Origin: Congzhengia sp.
GTDB lineage: Bacteria; Bacillota; Clostridia; UBA1381; UBA9506
Reading direction: 5' to 3'
Assembly (NCBI GenBank): GCA_045635085.1
Contig: JAZRBM010000008.1
Span: 142,936 to 206,935 of the forward strand
Length of the DNA stretch: 64,000 bases
Notes under the pieces: generated by a model
Databases searched by the model: none
Told to the model about the DNA's origin: nothing
What the model saw: the letters and a program-made list of their open reading frames with translations, nothing else
Shown: positions 48,232 to 57,569 of the stretch, one piece after another
Numbering within the stretch: position 1 is the first letter of the stretch
Layout: each line of letters begins with the position of its first letter
Program-made: the position numbers and the translations under genes

Positions 48232-49260
48232 ATGAATCAGGAATTTATTACCGCATTAGCTGAAATTGCGGAGAATAAGAATATAAGCAAGGAATCGCTT
48301 TTAGAAACAATTGAGTTTGCATTGATTACAGCTTATAAGAAAAATTATGACCATGCGCAAAACGTTTCTGTCAGCATTGATAAAGAAACAGGCGAAATCA
48401 AAGTTTATCAGCAAAAGACAATTGTAGAAGAAGTGGAAAATTCAAATCTTGAAGTAACACTTGATGAAGCAAAAAAAATCAGTGCGTCATACTCTTTAGG
48501 AGATGTTGTAAATTACGAGGTCACACCAAAGAGCTTCGGCAGAATTGCCGCGCAAACAGCAAAGCAGGTTGTAGTTCAGCGCATTAAAGAAGCAGAGCGT
48601 GACAAGGTAATCACAATGTATCGTGACCGTGAAAACTCCATGGTTACAGGTCTTATTACAAAGAATGAAGGAAAGCTCGTATTTGTTCAGGTTGGCAGTG
48701 ATACAGAGGCAATACTTCCAATAAATGAGCAAATCGCAGGAGAAAGTTATACAGCAGGCAAAAGAATGAAATTTTTTGTGGCAGAAGTAAAGCTACTAGG
48801 AAACAATCCGCAGATTATTCTTTCAAGAACGCATCCTCTGCTTGTGAGAAAGTTGTTTGAACAGGAAGTTCCTGAAATTGCAGATGGCGTAATCGAAATA
48901 AAGTCAATTTCAAGAGAAGCAGGCTCGCGTTCTAAGATTTCTGTATTTTCACAGGATGAAAACGTAGATGCTGTAGGTGCGTGTGTCGGTCAGAGAGGTG
49001 CACGTGTTCAGGCTATCTGTGATGAACTTGGCGGAGAAAAAATAGACATAATAAAGTACAGCGAAGACCCTGCTGAGTTTATTTCATCAGCTTTAAGTCC
49101 GTCTGATGTTATAAAGTGCGAGGTTAACGAAGATGAACATTCGGCGTCTGTTGTAGTTCCTGACGGACAGTTGTCACTTGCTATAGGCAAAGAAGGACAA
49201 AACGCAAGACTTGCAGCCAAGCTGACAGGATGGAAAATTGACATTAAGGCGGAGGCGTAA
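48232..49260 (+). CDS. nusA: transcription termination/antitermination factor NusA
   Basis: S1 plus two KH domains, with GACVGQRGARVQAI and LAIGKEGQNARLAAKLTGWKIDI. Confidence 0.95.
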   Translation: MNQEFITALAEIAENKNISKESLLETIEFALITAYKKNYDHAQNVSVSIDKETGEIKVYQQKTIVEEVENSNLEVTLDEAKKISASYSLGDVVNYEVTPKSFGRIAAQTAKQVVVQRIKEAERDKVITMYRDRENSMVTGLITKNEGKLVFVQVGSDTEAILPINEQIAGESYTAGKRMKFFVAEVKLLGNNPQIILSRTHPLLVRKLFEQEVPEIADGVIEIKSISREAGSRSKISVFSQDENVDAVGACVGQRGARVQAICDELGGEKIDIIKYSEDPAEFISSALSPSDVIKCEVNEDEHSASVVVPDGQLSLAIGKEGQNARLAAKLTGWKIDIKAEA

Positions 49261-49279
49261 TATTTTGGGACACATACCG

Positions 49280-49519
49280 ATGAGAGAGTGTATGCTCTGC
49301 CGGAAAAAATTTTACAAATCGGAGCTTTTGCGATTTGTAAAGAGTGAAAACGGAATCGAGATTGATGAAAACCAAAAAAAGAGTGGAAGAGGAGCATATA
49401 TCTGTGCTGATTGCAAAATGTCGGATAACTTATATAAAAAACGTGTGTTAGACCGGGCATTTAAACAAAAAGTAAATGATGAAGTATATAATTTGCTAAA
49501 GGAGAAGGACAATGGATAA
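49280..49519 (+). CDS. ylxR: YlxR/DUF448 RNA-binding protein (RnpM)
   Basis: PMRECMLCRKKFYKSELLRFV...GRGAYIC matches the YlxR motif. The start is set at ATG 49280. Confidence 0.8.
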   Translation: MRECMLCRKKFYKSELLRFVKSENGIEIDENQKKSGRGAYICADCKMSDNLYKKRVLDRAFKQKVNDEVYNLLKEKDNG

Positions 49520-49814
49520 GATTTTAAATCTTATAAGTCTGGCAACGAAAGCCGGCAAGGTTAAGACCGGTGAGTTTTTAACTACTAAAACCCTGCAGGA
49601 GGACCTTGGGTATTTAGTTGTAATTGCTACTGATACATCAGAAAAATCTACAAAAAGGCTTATGGGAATATCCGAAAACTATGATTGCAGGTCCGTTGTC
49701 TATGGAACGAAGGCAGAGCTTGGAAAATTCACGGGCAAAAAAGAAAAAAGCGTCATTGTAATATGTGACAAAGGCTTAGCAGACGCGATAGTAAAAAAAC
49801 TGGACAATATATAA
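49512..49814 (+). CDS. ylxQ: L7Ae-family RNA-binding protein (YlxQ-like)
   Basis: LISLATKAGKVKTGEF, in the conserved position between ylxR and infB. Confidence 0.75.
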   Translation: MDKILNLISLATKAGKVKTGEFLTTKTLQEDLGYLVVIATDTSEKSTKRLMGISENYDCRSVVYGTKAELGKFTGKKEKSVIVICDKGLADAIVKKLDNI

Positions 49815-49877
49815 AAATAGAATCAAAGTGTTATACTATTATCGCTTTGATAAGGTAATATTTCGGAGGTGTAGCAT

Positions 49878-52130
49878 ATGGCAAAAGTAAGAGTGCACGA
49901 GTTAGCCAAAGAACTCGATTCAAACTCTAAGGAAATAATAGGATTAATGTCAGGATTTGGATTTCCTACAAGAAATCATATGAGCTCATTAGAACAAGAG
50001 GAATTGGATGTTTTGTTTGAACGTCTGACTCAAAGCTATGATGGTAAGGTTGAAATCCCTGTTTTTGCAAAGCAAAAAGCAGAAAAGCCTGCTAAAAAGA
50101 AAAAAGAAAAAGAACAGATTAAAGATAGTAATAATAGCGCGGATGAAGTATCAAAAATCGACGAGCCTATCGGAAGAAAGGTTCGCCATGTTGATACACG
50201 CCAGACGGTAGTTGACTTAAATAAGATTGACGATGAGGTTATAGAAGAGCTTATTCCTGAAAATGTTTCTGATGATGTTGTTAAAAAACAGAAATTAAAA
50301 AAGGGTAAGGATAAACTCCGCGATAGCAATCAGGTCAAGAACAAGGCAAAGGTCAACAAGGAGGAAAAGGTTAAAAAAGGTCCTATCACTGTTAAAATTC
50401 CTGACGAAATCGGCGTAGGTGAACTGGCAGAAAGGCTTCAGGTTCCTGCAACAGAAGTAATCAAAAAGCTTATGATGTTAGGTGTTATGGCATCTATCAG
50501 TCAAAGCGTTGACTATGACACAGCATCATTGATTGCAGAAGATTTTGGTGCAAAGGTTGAAAAGGAAATTATTCTATCGCGTGAAGATATTTTATTTAAC
50601 GATTTTGAGGATAGAGAGGAACAACTTGAAACTCGCTCACCTGTTGTTGTCGTAATGGGTCACGTTGACCATGGTAAGACTTCTTTGCTTGATGCTATCA
50701 GAAGTACAAATGTTATAGATACAGAAGCCGGTGGCATTACACAGCATATCGGTGCTTATCGTGTAAGAATCAACGACAGAAAAATTACATTCTTAGACAC
50801 CCCTGGACATGAAGCGTTTACTGCTATGCGTGCACGTGGTGCTCAGGTAACAGATATTGCAATACTGGTTGTAGCAGCAGATGACGGTATTATGCCACAG
50901 ACAATCGAGGCTATTAACCACGCAAAGGCTGCAAACGTAGGAATAATTGTCGCTATTAATAAAATTGATAAAGATGGCGCAAACCCCGACAGAATCAAAC
51001 AGGAGTTAACAGAGCATGGTTTGGTTCCTGAGGACTGGGGCGGCGACACAATCTGTGTTGAAATTTCAGCAAAACACAGACAAAATATTGAAGAATTACT
51101 TGAAATGGTAATTTTGGTTGCTGATATGAGAGAGCTGAAGGCAAATCCGAACAGACAGGCAAAGGGTACCGTTATCGAAGCAAAGCTTGATAAAGGCCGT
51201 GGTCCTGTTGCATCAATTCTGGTTCAGAATGGTACACTAAAGGCAGGGGACACAGTTGTTGTCGGAACATCATTCGGTCATATAAGAGCTATGTTTGACG
51301 ATAAGGGTAAGCCGGTTAAAAAGGCAGGCCCGTCTGTTCCTGTTGAAATTTTAGGATTAGACTCTGTTCCTGAGGGCGGCGAGGTTTTTTACGCTGTTGA
51401 AGATGAAAAAATGGCAAAGCAGGTTATAGAAGCAAGAAAGCAAAAAATTAAAGACGAACGCCTGACTGCGAGCAACGTTGTTACACTTGATGACTTCTTT
51501 AGCAAAGTTCAGGAAGGTCAGATAAAAGACTTAAACATCATTATAAAAGCAGACGTTAATGGTTCTGTTGAAGCCGTTAAGCAGTCTTTGGAAAAGCTTT
51601 CAAATGAAGAAGTAAGAGTAAATGTTATTCACGCCGGTGTTGGCGCAATTCGTGAATCTGACGTAATGCTTGCATACACTTCAAACGCTATCATCGTAGG
51701 CTTTAACGTTCGCCCTGACGCAGGTGCAACTGCTTCAGCTGAAGCACAGGGAGTAGATATCAGACTGTATCGTGTAATTTATACAGCTATTGAAGAAATT
51801 GAAGCAGCTATGAAGGGTATGCTTGACCCGACATACAAAGAAGAGGTTACAGGTCATGCTGAAATCAGACAGACATTTAAGGTTTCAGGTGTTGGTACAA
51901 TCGCGGGCTGTTATGTAACAGACGGTACAATTACACGAAACACACAGGTTCGTATTGTTCGTGATGGTGTTGTTATCCACGAGGGCGAGCTTGCATCTTT
52001 AAAAAGATTCAAAGATGATGTTAAGGAAGTTAATCAGGGATATGAATGTGGTCTTTCTATTGAAAGATTTAACGACATTAAAGAAGGCGACGTAGTAGAA
52101 GGCTTCAAGATGGTTGAAATAGAAAGATAA
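49878..52130 (+). CDS. infB: translation initiation factor IF-2
   Basis: [14 protein letters not shown]-terminus, [20 protein letters not shown] and NKIDK. Confidence 0.97.
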   Translation: MAKVRVHELAKELDSNSKEIIGLMSGFGFPTRNHMSSLEQEELDVLFERLTQSYDGKVEIPVFAKQKAEKPAKKKKEKEQIKDSNNSADEVSKIDEPIGRKVRHVDTRQTVVDLNKIDDEVIEELIPENVSDDVVKKQKLKKGKDKLRDSNQVKNKAKVNKEEKVKKGPITVKIPDEIGVGELAERLQVPATEVIKKLMMLGVMASISQSVDYDTASLIAEDFGAKVEKEIILSREDILFNDFEDREEQLETRSPVVVVMGHVDHGKTSLLDAIRSTNVIDTEAGGITQHIGAYRVRINDRKITFLDTPGHEAFTAMRARGAQVTDIAILVVAADDGIMPQTIEAINHAKAANVGIIVAINKIDKDGANPDRIKQELTEHGLVPEDWGGDTICVEISAKHRQNIEELLEMVILVADMRELKANPNRQAKGTVIEAKLDKGRGPVASILVQNGTLKAGDTVVVGTSFGHIRAMFDDKGKPVKKAGPSVPVEILGLDSVPEGGEVFYAVEDEKMAKQVIEARKQKIKDERLTASNVVTLDDFFSKVQEGQIKDLNIIIKADVNGSVEAVKQSLEKLSNEEVRVNVIHAGVGAIRESDVMLAYTSNAIIVGFNVRPDAGATASAEAQGVDIRLYRVIYTAIEEIEAAMKGMLDPTYKEEVTGHAEIRQTFKVSGVGTIAGCYVTDGTITRNTQVRIVRDGVVIHEGELASLKRFKDDVKEVNQGYECGLSIERFNDIKEGDVVEGFKMVEIER

Positions 52131-52144
52131 CAAAGGAGAAAAAC

Positions 52145-52492
52145 ATGGGAGCAAATAGAATTAACAGAATAAACGAAGAAGTAAGACGTGAACTTTCTGA
52201 CATTATTCGTGAGCTTAAAGATCCAAGAATTCCAGTAATGACAAGTGTTGTGTCGGTAAATGTTACTCAGGATTTACGTTATGCAACAGTTTATGTAAGT
52301 GTTTTTGGTGATGATGACGTTAAGAAAAATGCTCTTTTGGCGCTCAAAAAATCGGCAGGTTTTGTCCGTCGTGAGCTTGGTCACAGACTTAATCTCCGAT
52401 ATACTCCCGAAATGATTTACAAAGCAGATGATTCAATAGAGCATGGTGCAAGAATAAACGAACTCTTGCGCAAGGGGGCAGACAATGCTTAA
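52145..52492 (+). CDS. rbfA: ribosome-binding factor A
   Basis: RINRINEEVRRELSDIIRELKDPR. Confidence 0.93.
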   Translation: MGANRINRINEEVRRELSDIIRELKDPRIPVMTSVVSVNVTQDLRYATVYVSVFGDDDVKKNALLALKKSAGFVRRELGHRLNLRYTPEMIYKADDSIEHGARINELLRKGADNA

Positions 52493-53438
52493 GAAAATTG
52501 CAAAAAGGCTAAAACGTGCAGAGCACATCGCTATATTTTCGCATCAAAATCCTGATGGCGATGCGCTTGGCTCGTCGTTTGCCATGAAATATGTATTAGA
52601 GTCAATAGGAAAGAAAGTCACGCTTTATCTTGAAAAGCCGATGAGTGAAAAGTTTGGCTTTTTAGGTGAAGATTATCAAATTGCAGATGAGAACACCAAG
52701 AGCTTGGCAGACTGTGCTCTTATATTAGATTGCGGCGAATACTCAAGGCTTGGCGCTTGTGAAGGTGCTTGTCGCAGTATTCCTTGTGTTGTGTGTGTAG
52801 ACCATCATAAGACAGGAGGAGACTTTGGTGACTTTTATTATAACGAACCTGATGCTGCGGCAACAGCGCAGATAGTATATAATCTTGCGACTCTTTTGAC
52901 AAAAAGTATTCCGATGCGCGCGTGTGAGGCGATTTATACTGGAATGTCAACCGATACAGGCCATTTTAAATTTTCAAATGTTTCGTCTAAAACCTTTATG
53001 ATTGCAGGAGAGCTTTTGGAAAAAGGAATTGATCACAGAAAAATTACAACCATAATTTACGACACCGTAAAGCGGGAAAAAATGATTTTTTTAGGCTATG
53101 CTGTTGAGCGTGTAAAGTTTTTTAAAGACGGAAGAGTGGCGCTTTTAGAGTGCTATGGCGAGGATTTGGAAAAATTCTCTCTTTCGTATGATGATGTAGA
53201 GGAATTGCCTAATATACCGCTTAATTTAGAGGGTGTAGAGGTTGCAGTTTTAGTAAAGGATTTTGATGATGTTTCCCGTCGAGTAAGTTTTCGAACAAAG
53301 GACGTTATTGATGTGTCAGAGATTGCAAAAGAATTCGGCGGCGGAGGACATAAATCGGCAGCTGCCTGCGTGATTTCTGGCAACATAAATGAAAAAATCA
53401 ACCAAATCATTGATGCTATAATAGAAAAATTATCGTAA
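52485..53438 (+). CDS. nrnA: DHH-family phosphoesterase (NrnA-type nanoRNase/pAp phosphatase)
   Basis: HQNPDGDALGS, DHH-type VDHH, and DHHA1 GGGGHKSAAA. Confidence 0.85.
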   Translation: MLKKIAKRLKRAEHIAIFSHQNPDGDALGSSFAMKYVLESIGKKVTLYLEKPMSEKFGFLGEDYQIADENTKSLADCALILDCGEYSRLGACEGACRSIPCVVCVDHHKTGGDFGDFYYNEPDAAATAQIVYNLATLLTKSIPMRACEAIYTGMSTDTGHFKFSNVSSKTFMIAGELLEKGIDHRKITTIIYDTVKREKMIFLGYAVERVKFFKDGRVALLECYGEDLEKFSLSYDDVEELPNIPLNLEGVEVAVLVKDFDDVSRRVSFRTKDVIDVSEIAKEFGGGGHKSAAACVISGNINEKINQIIDAIIEKLS

Positions 53439-53439
53439 A

Positions 53440-53467
53440 TTGTAAAAAAGTCTTTAGAGTTTATAAT
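53440..53467 (+). promoter_or_regulatory. possible sigma-A promoter before rnhA (TTGTAA-16-TATAAT)
   Basis: Hexamers at 53440-53445 and 53462-53467. Confidence 0.35.
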
Positions 53468-53495
53468 TTTCAATATATCGGAAATGGAGAAAAAG

Positions 53496-53984
53496 ATGTT
53501 TGAAAAAGGTCTTAAAACTGTAGATTTATACACGGATGGAGCTTGTAGTCATAATCCCGGTCCTGGTGGATATGGTTATATCTTAAAGTACAATGGACAC
53601 GAAAAGCAAGGCTCTTGTGGATACCGTCTTACAACAAATAATCGTATGGAGATTTTGGCTGTAATAAGAGGTTTAGAGGCTCTTCGCCAAACTTGTAATG
53701 TAAATTTATACAGCGATTCAAAATATGTGATTGATGCAATTGTGCAAGGCTGGGTGTATAAGTGGGAGGCCAACAACTGGATGCGCACAAAGACGCACAA
53801 GGCAAGTAATCCAGACCTTTGGGAGCAGCTTTTAGTGCTTTTGGATGAGCATAATGTAGAGTTTCACTGGGTTAAGGGCCACGCAGGACACCCTGATAAT
53901 GAGAGGTGCGACAAACTTGCGGTTTCGGCATATCAAGGTGAAAATCTGATTGATGATGAGGGCTACATACCGGAGGAAAATTGA
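53496..53984 (+). CDS. rnhA: ribonuclease HI
   Basis: LYTDGACSHNPGPGGYGYIL...TNNRMEILA...WVKGHAGHPDNERCDKLA parallels E. coli RNase HI. ATG 53496 has RBS GGAGA; ATG 53484 is the alternative. Confidence 0.9.
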   Translation: MFEKGLKTVDLYTDGACSHNPGPGGYGYILKYNGHEKQGSCGYRLTTNNRMEILAVIRGLEALRQTCNVNLYSDSKYVIDAIVQGWVYKWEANNWMRTKTHKASNPDLWEQLLVLLDEHNVEFHWVKGHAGHPDNERCDKLAVSAYQGENLIDDEGYIPEEN

Positions 53985-54745
53985 TGCTTTTTGATACACA
54001 TACACATTTAGATGATAAAAAATTTGACAAAGACAGAAGCGCTGTGATTGACTCTTTAAAAAGTGAGGGAGTATCTCTTTTAGTAAACATCGGAGCAGAT
54101 ATGAAAAGTTCTGAAAACAGCATTGCACTTTCAGAAAAATATGATTTTATATATGCATCAGTCGGAGTTCATCCGTCGGATACGAAGGATTTAACCGATG
54201 AAGATATACAAAAGCTGGAAAAAATGTCACGTCACGAAAAGGTGGTCGCAATAGGTGAAATAGGTCTTGACTATTATTGGGATGAACCGGAGCGTGATAT
54301 ACAAAAAAAATGGTTTATAAAGCAGCTTGCTTTAGCAAAGGACCTTAATATGCCATATATAATACATGACCGCGATGCACATTCTGACACTATAGAGATT
54401 ATAAAAAAGGTCGGCTACACTAATGGTGTAATGCATTGCTTTTCGGGGAGTGCAGAATTTGCTCAGGAGGTCATAAAAATGGGCATGTATGTATCGCTTT
54501 CAGGTACAGTTACATTTAAAAACGCTCAAAAGACAAAGGCAGTTGCAGGGGTAGTTCCGCTTGATAAATTGCTGATTGAAACAGATAGTCCGTATTTAAC
54601 CCCTGAACCATTCAGAGGAAAGAGAAACAACTCCGGATATTTAAAATACACTGCACAAAAAATTGCCGAAATCCGCAATATGGAATTTGAAGAAATAGCA
54701 AAAATTACGATGGAAAACGGCAAAAGATTCTACAATATAAAATAG
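53981..54745 (+). CDS. tatD: TatD-family metal-dependent hydrolase
   Basis: FDTHTHLD, EIGLDYYW, HDRDAH and ETDSPYL. Confidence 0.9.
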   Translation: MMLFDTHTHLDDKKFDKDRSAVIDSLKSEGVSLLVNIGADMKSSENSIALSEKYDFIYASVGVHPSDTKDLTDEDIQKLEKMSRHEKVVAIGEIGLDYYWDEPERDIQKKWFIKQLALAKDLNMPYIIHDRDAHSDTIEIIKKVGYTNGVMHCFSGSAEFAQEVIKMGMYVSLSGTVTFKNAQKTKAVAGVVPLDKLLIETDSPYLTPEPFRGKRNNSGYLKYTAQKIAEIRNMEFEEIAKITMENGKRFYNIK

Positions 54746-54755
54746 GAGAAAAACA

Positions 54756-55352
54756 ATGACAATTTGTTATGTGCTTGAAAATTCATTATACATAAACCTT
54801 ACTAACAGATGCACAAATCAATGTACCTTCTGTGTTCGTGATAAGGACTGTGGTATAGGCGATGTAAATTTGTGGCTTGATCATGAGCCTACGATTGATG
54901 AAGTAATAGAAGATATTAAAAGTCAAGATGTTTCAAAATATAAAGAAGTAGTATTTTGTGGGTATGGCGAACCCACACTAAGATTAGATATAATTTTAGA
55001 TGCTTCGCGCTTTATAAAGGAAAATTATAATTCGCGCATCCGTATAAATACAAACGGTCACGCAAATTTAGTATATAAACGCAACGTAGCAAAAGATCTT
55101 TGCGGTTTGGTTGATGTGGTGTCGATAAGCTTAAATGCAAAAAACGCCGAAGAATATCAAAAAGTTTGCCAGTGTGCTTACGGCGAGGCTGGATTTGATG
55201 CCATGCTTGATTTTGCAAAGTGTGCAAAGGAGCAAGGAATCGAGACTATTTTAAGCATAGTTGACGTATTGCCAAAAGAAGATATAGAGGCTTGCAGAAA
55301 AATTGCAGAAAATTTAGGCGTTACACTTCGTGTACGTGAGCTTATTCAATAA
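54756..55352 (+). CDS. TatD-associated radical SAM protein
   Basis: CTNQCTFC (CxxxCxxC) and FCGYGEPT. Sits immediately downstream of tatD, as in the TatD-associated radical SAM family. Confidence 0.7.
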   Translation: MTICYVLENSLYINLTNRCTNQCTFCVRDKDCGIGDVNLWLDHEPTIDEVIEDIKSQDVSKYKEVVFCGYGEPTLRLDIILDASRFIKENYNSRIRINTNGHANLVYKRNVAKDLCGLVDVVSISLNAKNAEEYQKVCQCAYGEAGFDAMLDFAKCAKEQGIETILSIVDVLPKEDIEACRKIAENLGVTLRVRELIQ

Positions 55353-55368
55353 AGGAAGGGATTAAAAA

Positions 55369-56367
55369 ATGGAACAAGCAAAAAAGAGAATTTTCTCGGG
55401 AGTTCAGCCATCAGGTGATTTAACTCTCGGTAATTATATAGGTGCTATTAAAAACTGGGTATCTCTTCAGGATGACTATGAGTGTCTTTATTGTATCGTT
55501 GATTTGCACGCGATCACAGTTCGCCAGACACCCCAGGAGCTAAGACGCAGAACACTTGAGGTTTTGATGCAGTATTTAGCGGCCGGTATCGCCCCTGAAA
55601 AGTCTTGTGTATTTATCCAGTCACATGCCAGTACACACGCAGAGCTTTCGTGGATTCTAAGCTGTAATACACAGATGGGCGAGCTTTCCCGTATGACACA
55701 ATTTAAAGAAAAATCAAGGACACATGCTGATAATATCAACGCAGGACTCTTTACATATCCCGTTTTGATGGCGGCAGATATTTTAGCATATCAGGCAGAT
55801 TTGGTGCCTGTTGGTCACGACCAGCTTCAGCATATAGAGCTGGCAAGAGATATAGCTCAGAGATTTAACCATTTTTACGGTGATACATTTACAATTCCCG
55901 AGGGCTATATGCCAAAGGTAGGAAAGCGTATTATGAGCCTCCAGACACCTGAAAACAAAATGTCAAAATCAGACCCTAATCCTAATGGGTTTATAAGACT
56001 TTTAGATGATACCGACACGATTATGAGAAAGTTCAAGCGTGCAGTAACGGATTCTGGCAGTGAGATAAAAGCATCTCCTGAAAAGCCCGGCGTTACAAAC
56101 CTTTTATCAATTTATTCTGCTGTTACAGATAAGAGTATAGAAGATGCAGAAAAGGAATTTGAGGGAAAAGGCTATGGTGATTTCAAACTGGCTGTGGGCG
56201 AAGCGGTAGCAAGCGCATTAAAACCGCTGAAAAATGAATTTGAAAAGCTTTCAAAGGATAAAGCATACGTAGAATCTGTTTATAAAAATGGCGCACAAAC
56301 GGCAAACTACTTATCAAATAAAACACTTCGTAAGGTTTATAAAAAAGTTGGATTTGTAGCAAAGTAG
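55369..56367 (+). CDS. trpS: tryptophan--tRNA ligase
   Basis: FSGVQPSGDLTLGNYIGA, GHDQLQHIEL and KMSKS. Confidence 0.95.
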   Translation: MEQAKKRIFSGVQPSGDLTLGNYIGAIKNWVSLQDDYECLYCIVDLHAITVRQTPQELRRRTLEVLMQYLAAGIAPEKSCVFIQSHASTHAELSWILSCNTQMGELSRMTQFKEKSRTHADNINAGLFTYPVLMAADILAYQADLVPVGHDQLQHIELARDIAQRFNHFYGDTFTIPEGYMPKVGKRIMSLQTPENKMSKSDPNPNGFIRLLDDTDTIMRKFKRAVTDSGSEIKASPEKPGVTNLLSIYSAVTDKSIEDAEKEFEGKGYGDFKLAVGEAVASALKPLKNEFEKLSKDKAYVESVYKNGAQTANYLSNKTLRKVYKKVGFVAK

Positions 56368-56375
56368 GTAAAGTT

Positions 56376-56618
56376 ATGAGAATAGATAAATATTTAAAGG
56401 TTTCAAGAATAATAAAGAGGCGCACACTTGCAAATGATGCTTGTGATGCAGGCAGAATTTCTGTTAACGGAAATGTTGTAAAAGCGTCTTATGATGTTAA
56501 GGTTGGTGACGTGATAGAACTTCGATTCGGAGAAAAGTCTTCGCGGTTTGAAGTTTTAAAAGTGGCAGAGCACGTGACAAAAGACGGAGCGGCAGAACTT
56601 TATCGTCCTGTAAATTAG
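56376..56618 (+). CDS. S4-domain RNA-binding protein (Hsp15/RqcP/YabO-like)
   Basis: 80 aa. MRIDKYLKVSRIIKRRTLANDACDAGRISVNGNVVKAS is an S4 fold of the Hsp15/YabO type. Confidence 0.7.
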   Translation: MRIDKYLKVSRIIKRRTLANDACDAGRISVNGNVVKASYDVKVGDVIELRFGEKSSRFEVLKVAEHVTKDGAAELYRPVN

Positions 56619-56631
56619 AAAGGAAAGAAAC

Positions 56632-57555
56632 ATGAACATACTCTTATTTTTAGCAGCAATATATTTAATTTACTCAGCGTATATGTTTAATCCTATCGTA
56701 GGTGCTTTGGCATTTATTGGGCTTTTGCTCTATGGATATTTCAGATGGTTCCCGAATTACTGCGTCATCCACGCAAGAAGAATATACAGAAAAGATTCAG
56801 AAAAGGCATTAAAGTGGTTTGCACGCGCCGAAAAACTTAAAATGAACATAGGGCAAATGGAAATTTATGCCTACTATCTGATGCGCGAGGGCAAGGTGGA
56901 AAAGTCTGAAGAAATCTACAAAAAACTTCTTCGTGCAGCCTTAAAACCGCAACTGAGGTTAAAAATTCGTGCAGAATATGCAGTTTTGCTTTCAAAAACG
57001 GGCAGAATCAATGAGGCTATCGAAGAACTTGAAGATATTACTGTTCACTATACAAACACAACGACATACGGTTCTTTAGGTTATCTTTATCTTTTAGGCG
57101 ACAGCGTGAGAAAAGCCAAAAATTACAACCTTGAGGCGTATGATTACAACAGTGATGACCCTGTTATTTTAGATAATATGACTCAGCTTTATATTAAGCT
57201 TGGCGACTATAAGGCGGCAAAAAAATATGCAGATTTAATGCTTGAAAAAAAGCCTTACTTTGTAGAGGCTTATTATGATTCGGCGTTTGTCTATATGAAA
57301 TTAGGCGATATTAAGCGTGCAAAGGAACTTTTAGAGGATGCACGTTGTTGCAAAATTACATTTATGTCAACAGTAAAAGAAGATGATATAGAGGAATTAG
57401 AGACTGCAATTTCATCAGGCAAGATAAAAGAGATTGCTCATAGACTCGGAAAATTTTCGGGTAAGGAAGAAGAGGTAGAAGAAAAAGTTGAAAATCTGCC
57501 GCAAATAGAGGAAGAAAAAGAAGAAAATAATTATGAAGATGATCCGTTCATCTAA
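56632..57555 (+). CDS. membrane-anchored TPR-repeat protein with acidic C-terminal tail
   Basis: Two N-terminal hydrophobic segments, several 34-aa TPR-like repeats (for example AYYDSAFVYMKLGDIKRAKELLEDA), and an EEE-rich tail. Confidence 0.6.
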   Translation: MNILLFLAAIYLIYSAYMFNPIVGALAFIGLLLYGYFRWFPNYCVIHARRIYRKDSEKALKWFARAEKLKMNIGQMEIYAYYLMREGKVEKSEEIYKKLLRAALKPQLRLKIRAEYAVLLSKTGRINEAIEELEDITVHYTNTTTYGSLGYLYLLGDSVRKAKNYNLEAYDYNSDDPVILDNMTQLYIKLGDYKAAKKYADLMLEKKPYFVEAYYDSAFVYMKLGDIKRAKELLEDARCCKITFMSTVKEDDIEELETAISSGKIKEIAHRLGKFSGKEEEVEEKVENLPQIEEEKEENNYEDDPFI

Positions 57556-57569
57556 AACAAGTGAGAAGT

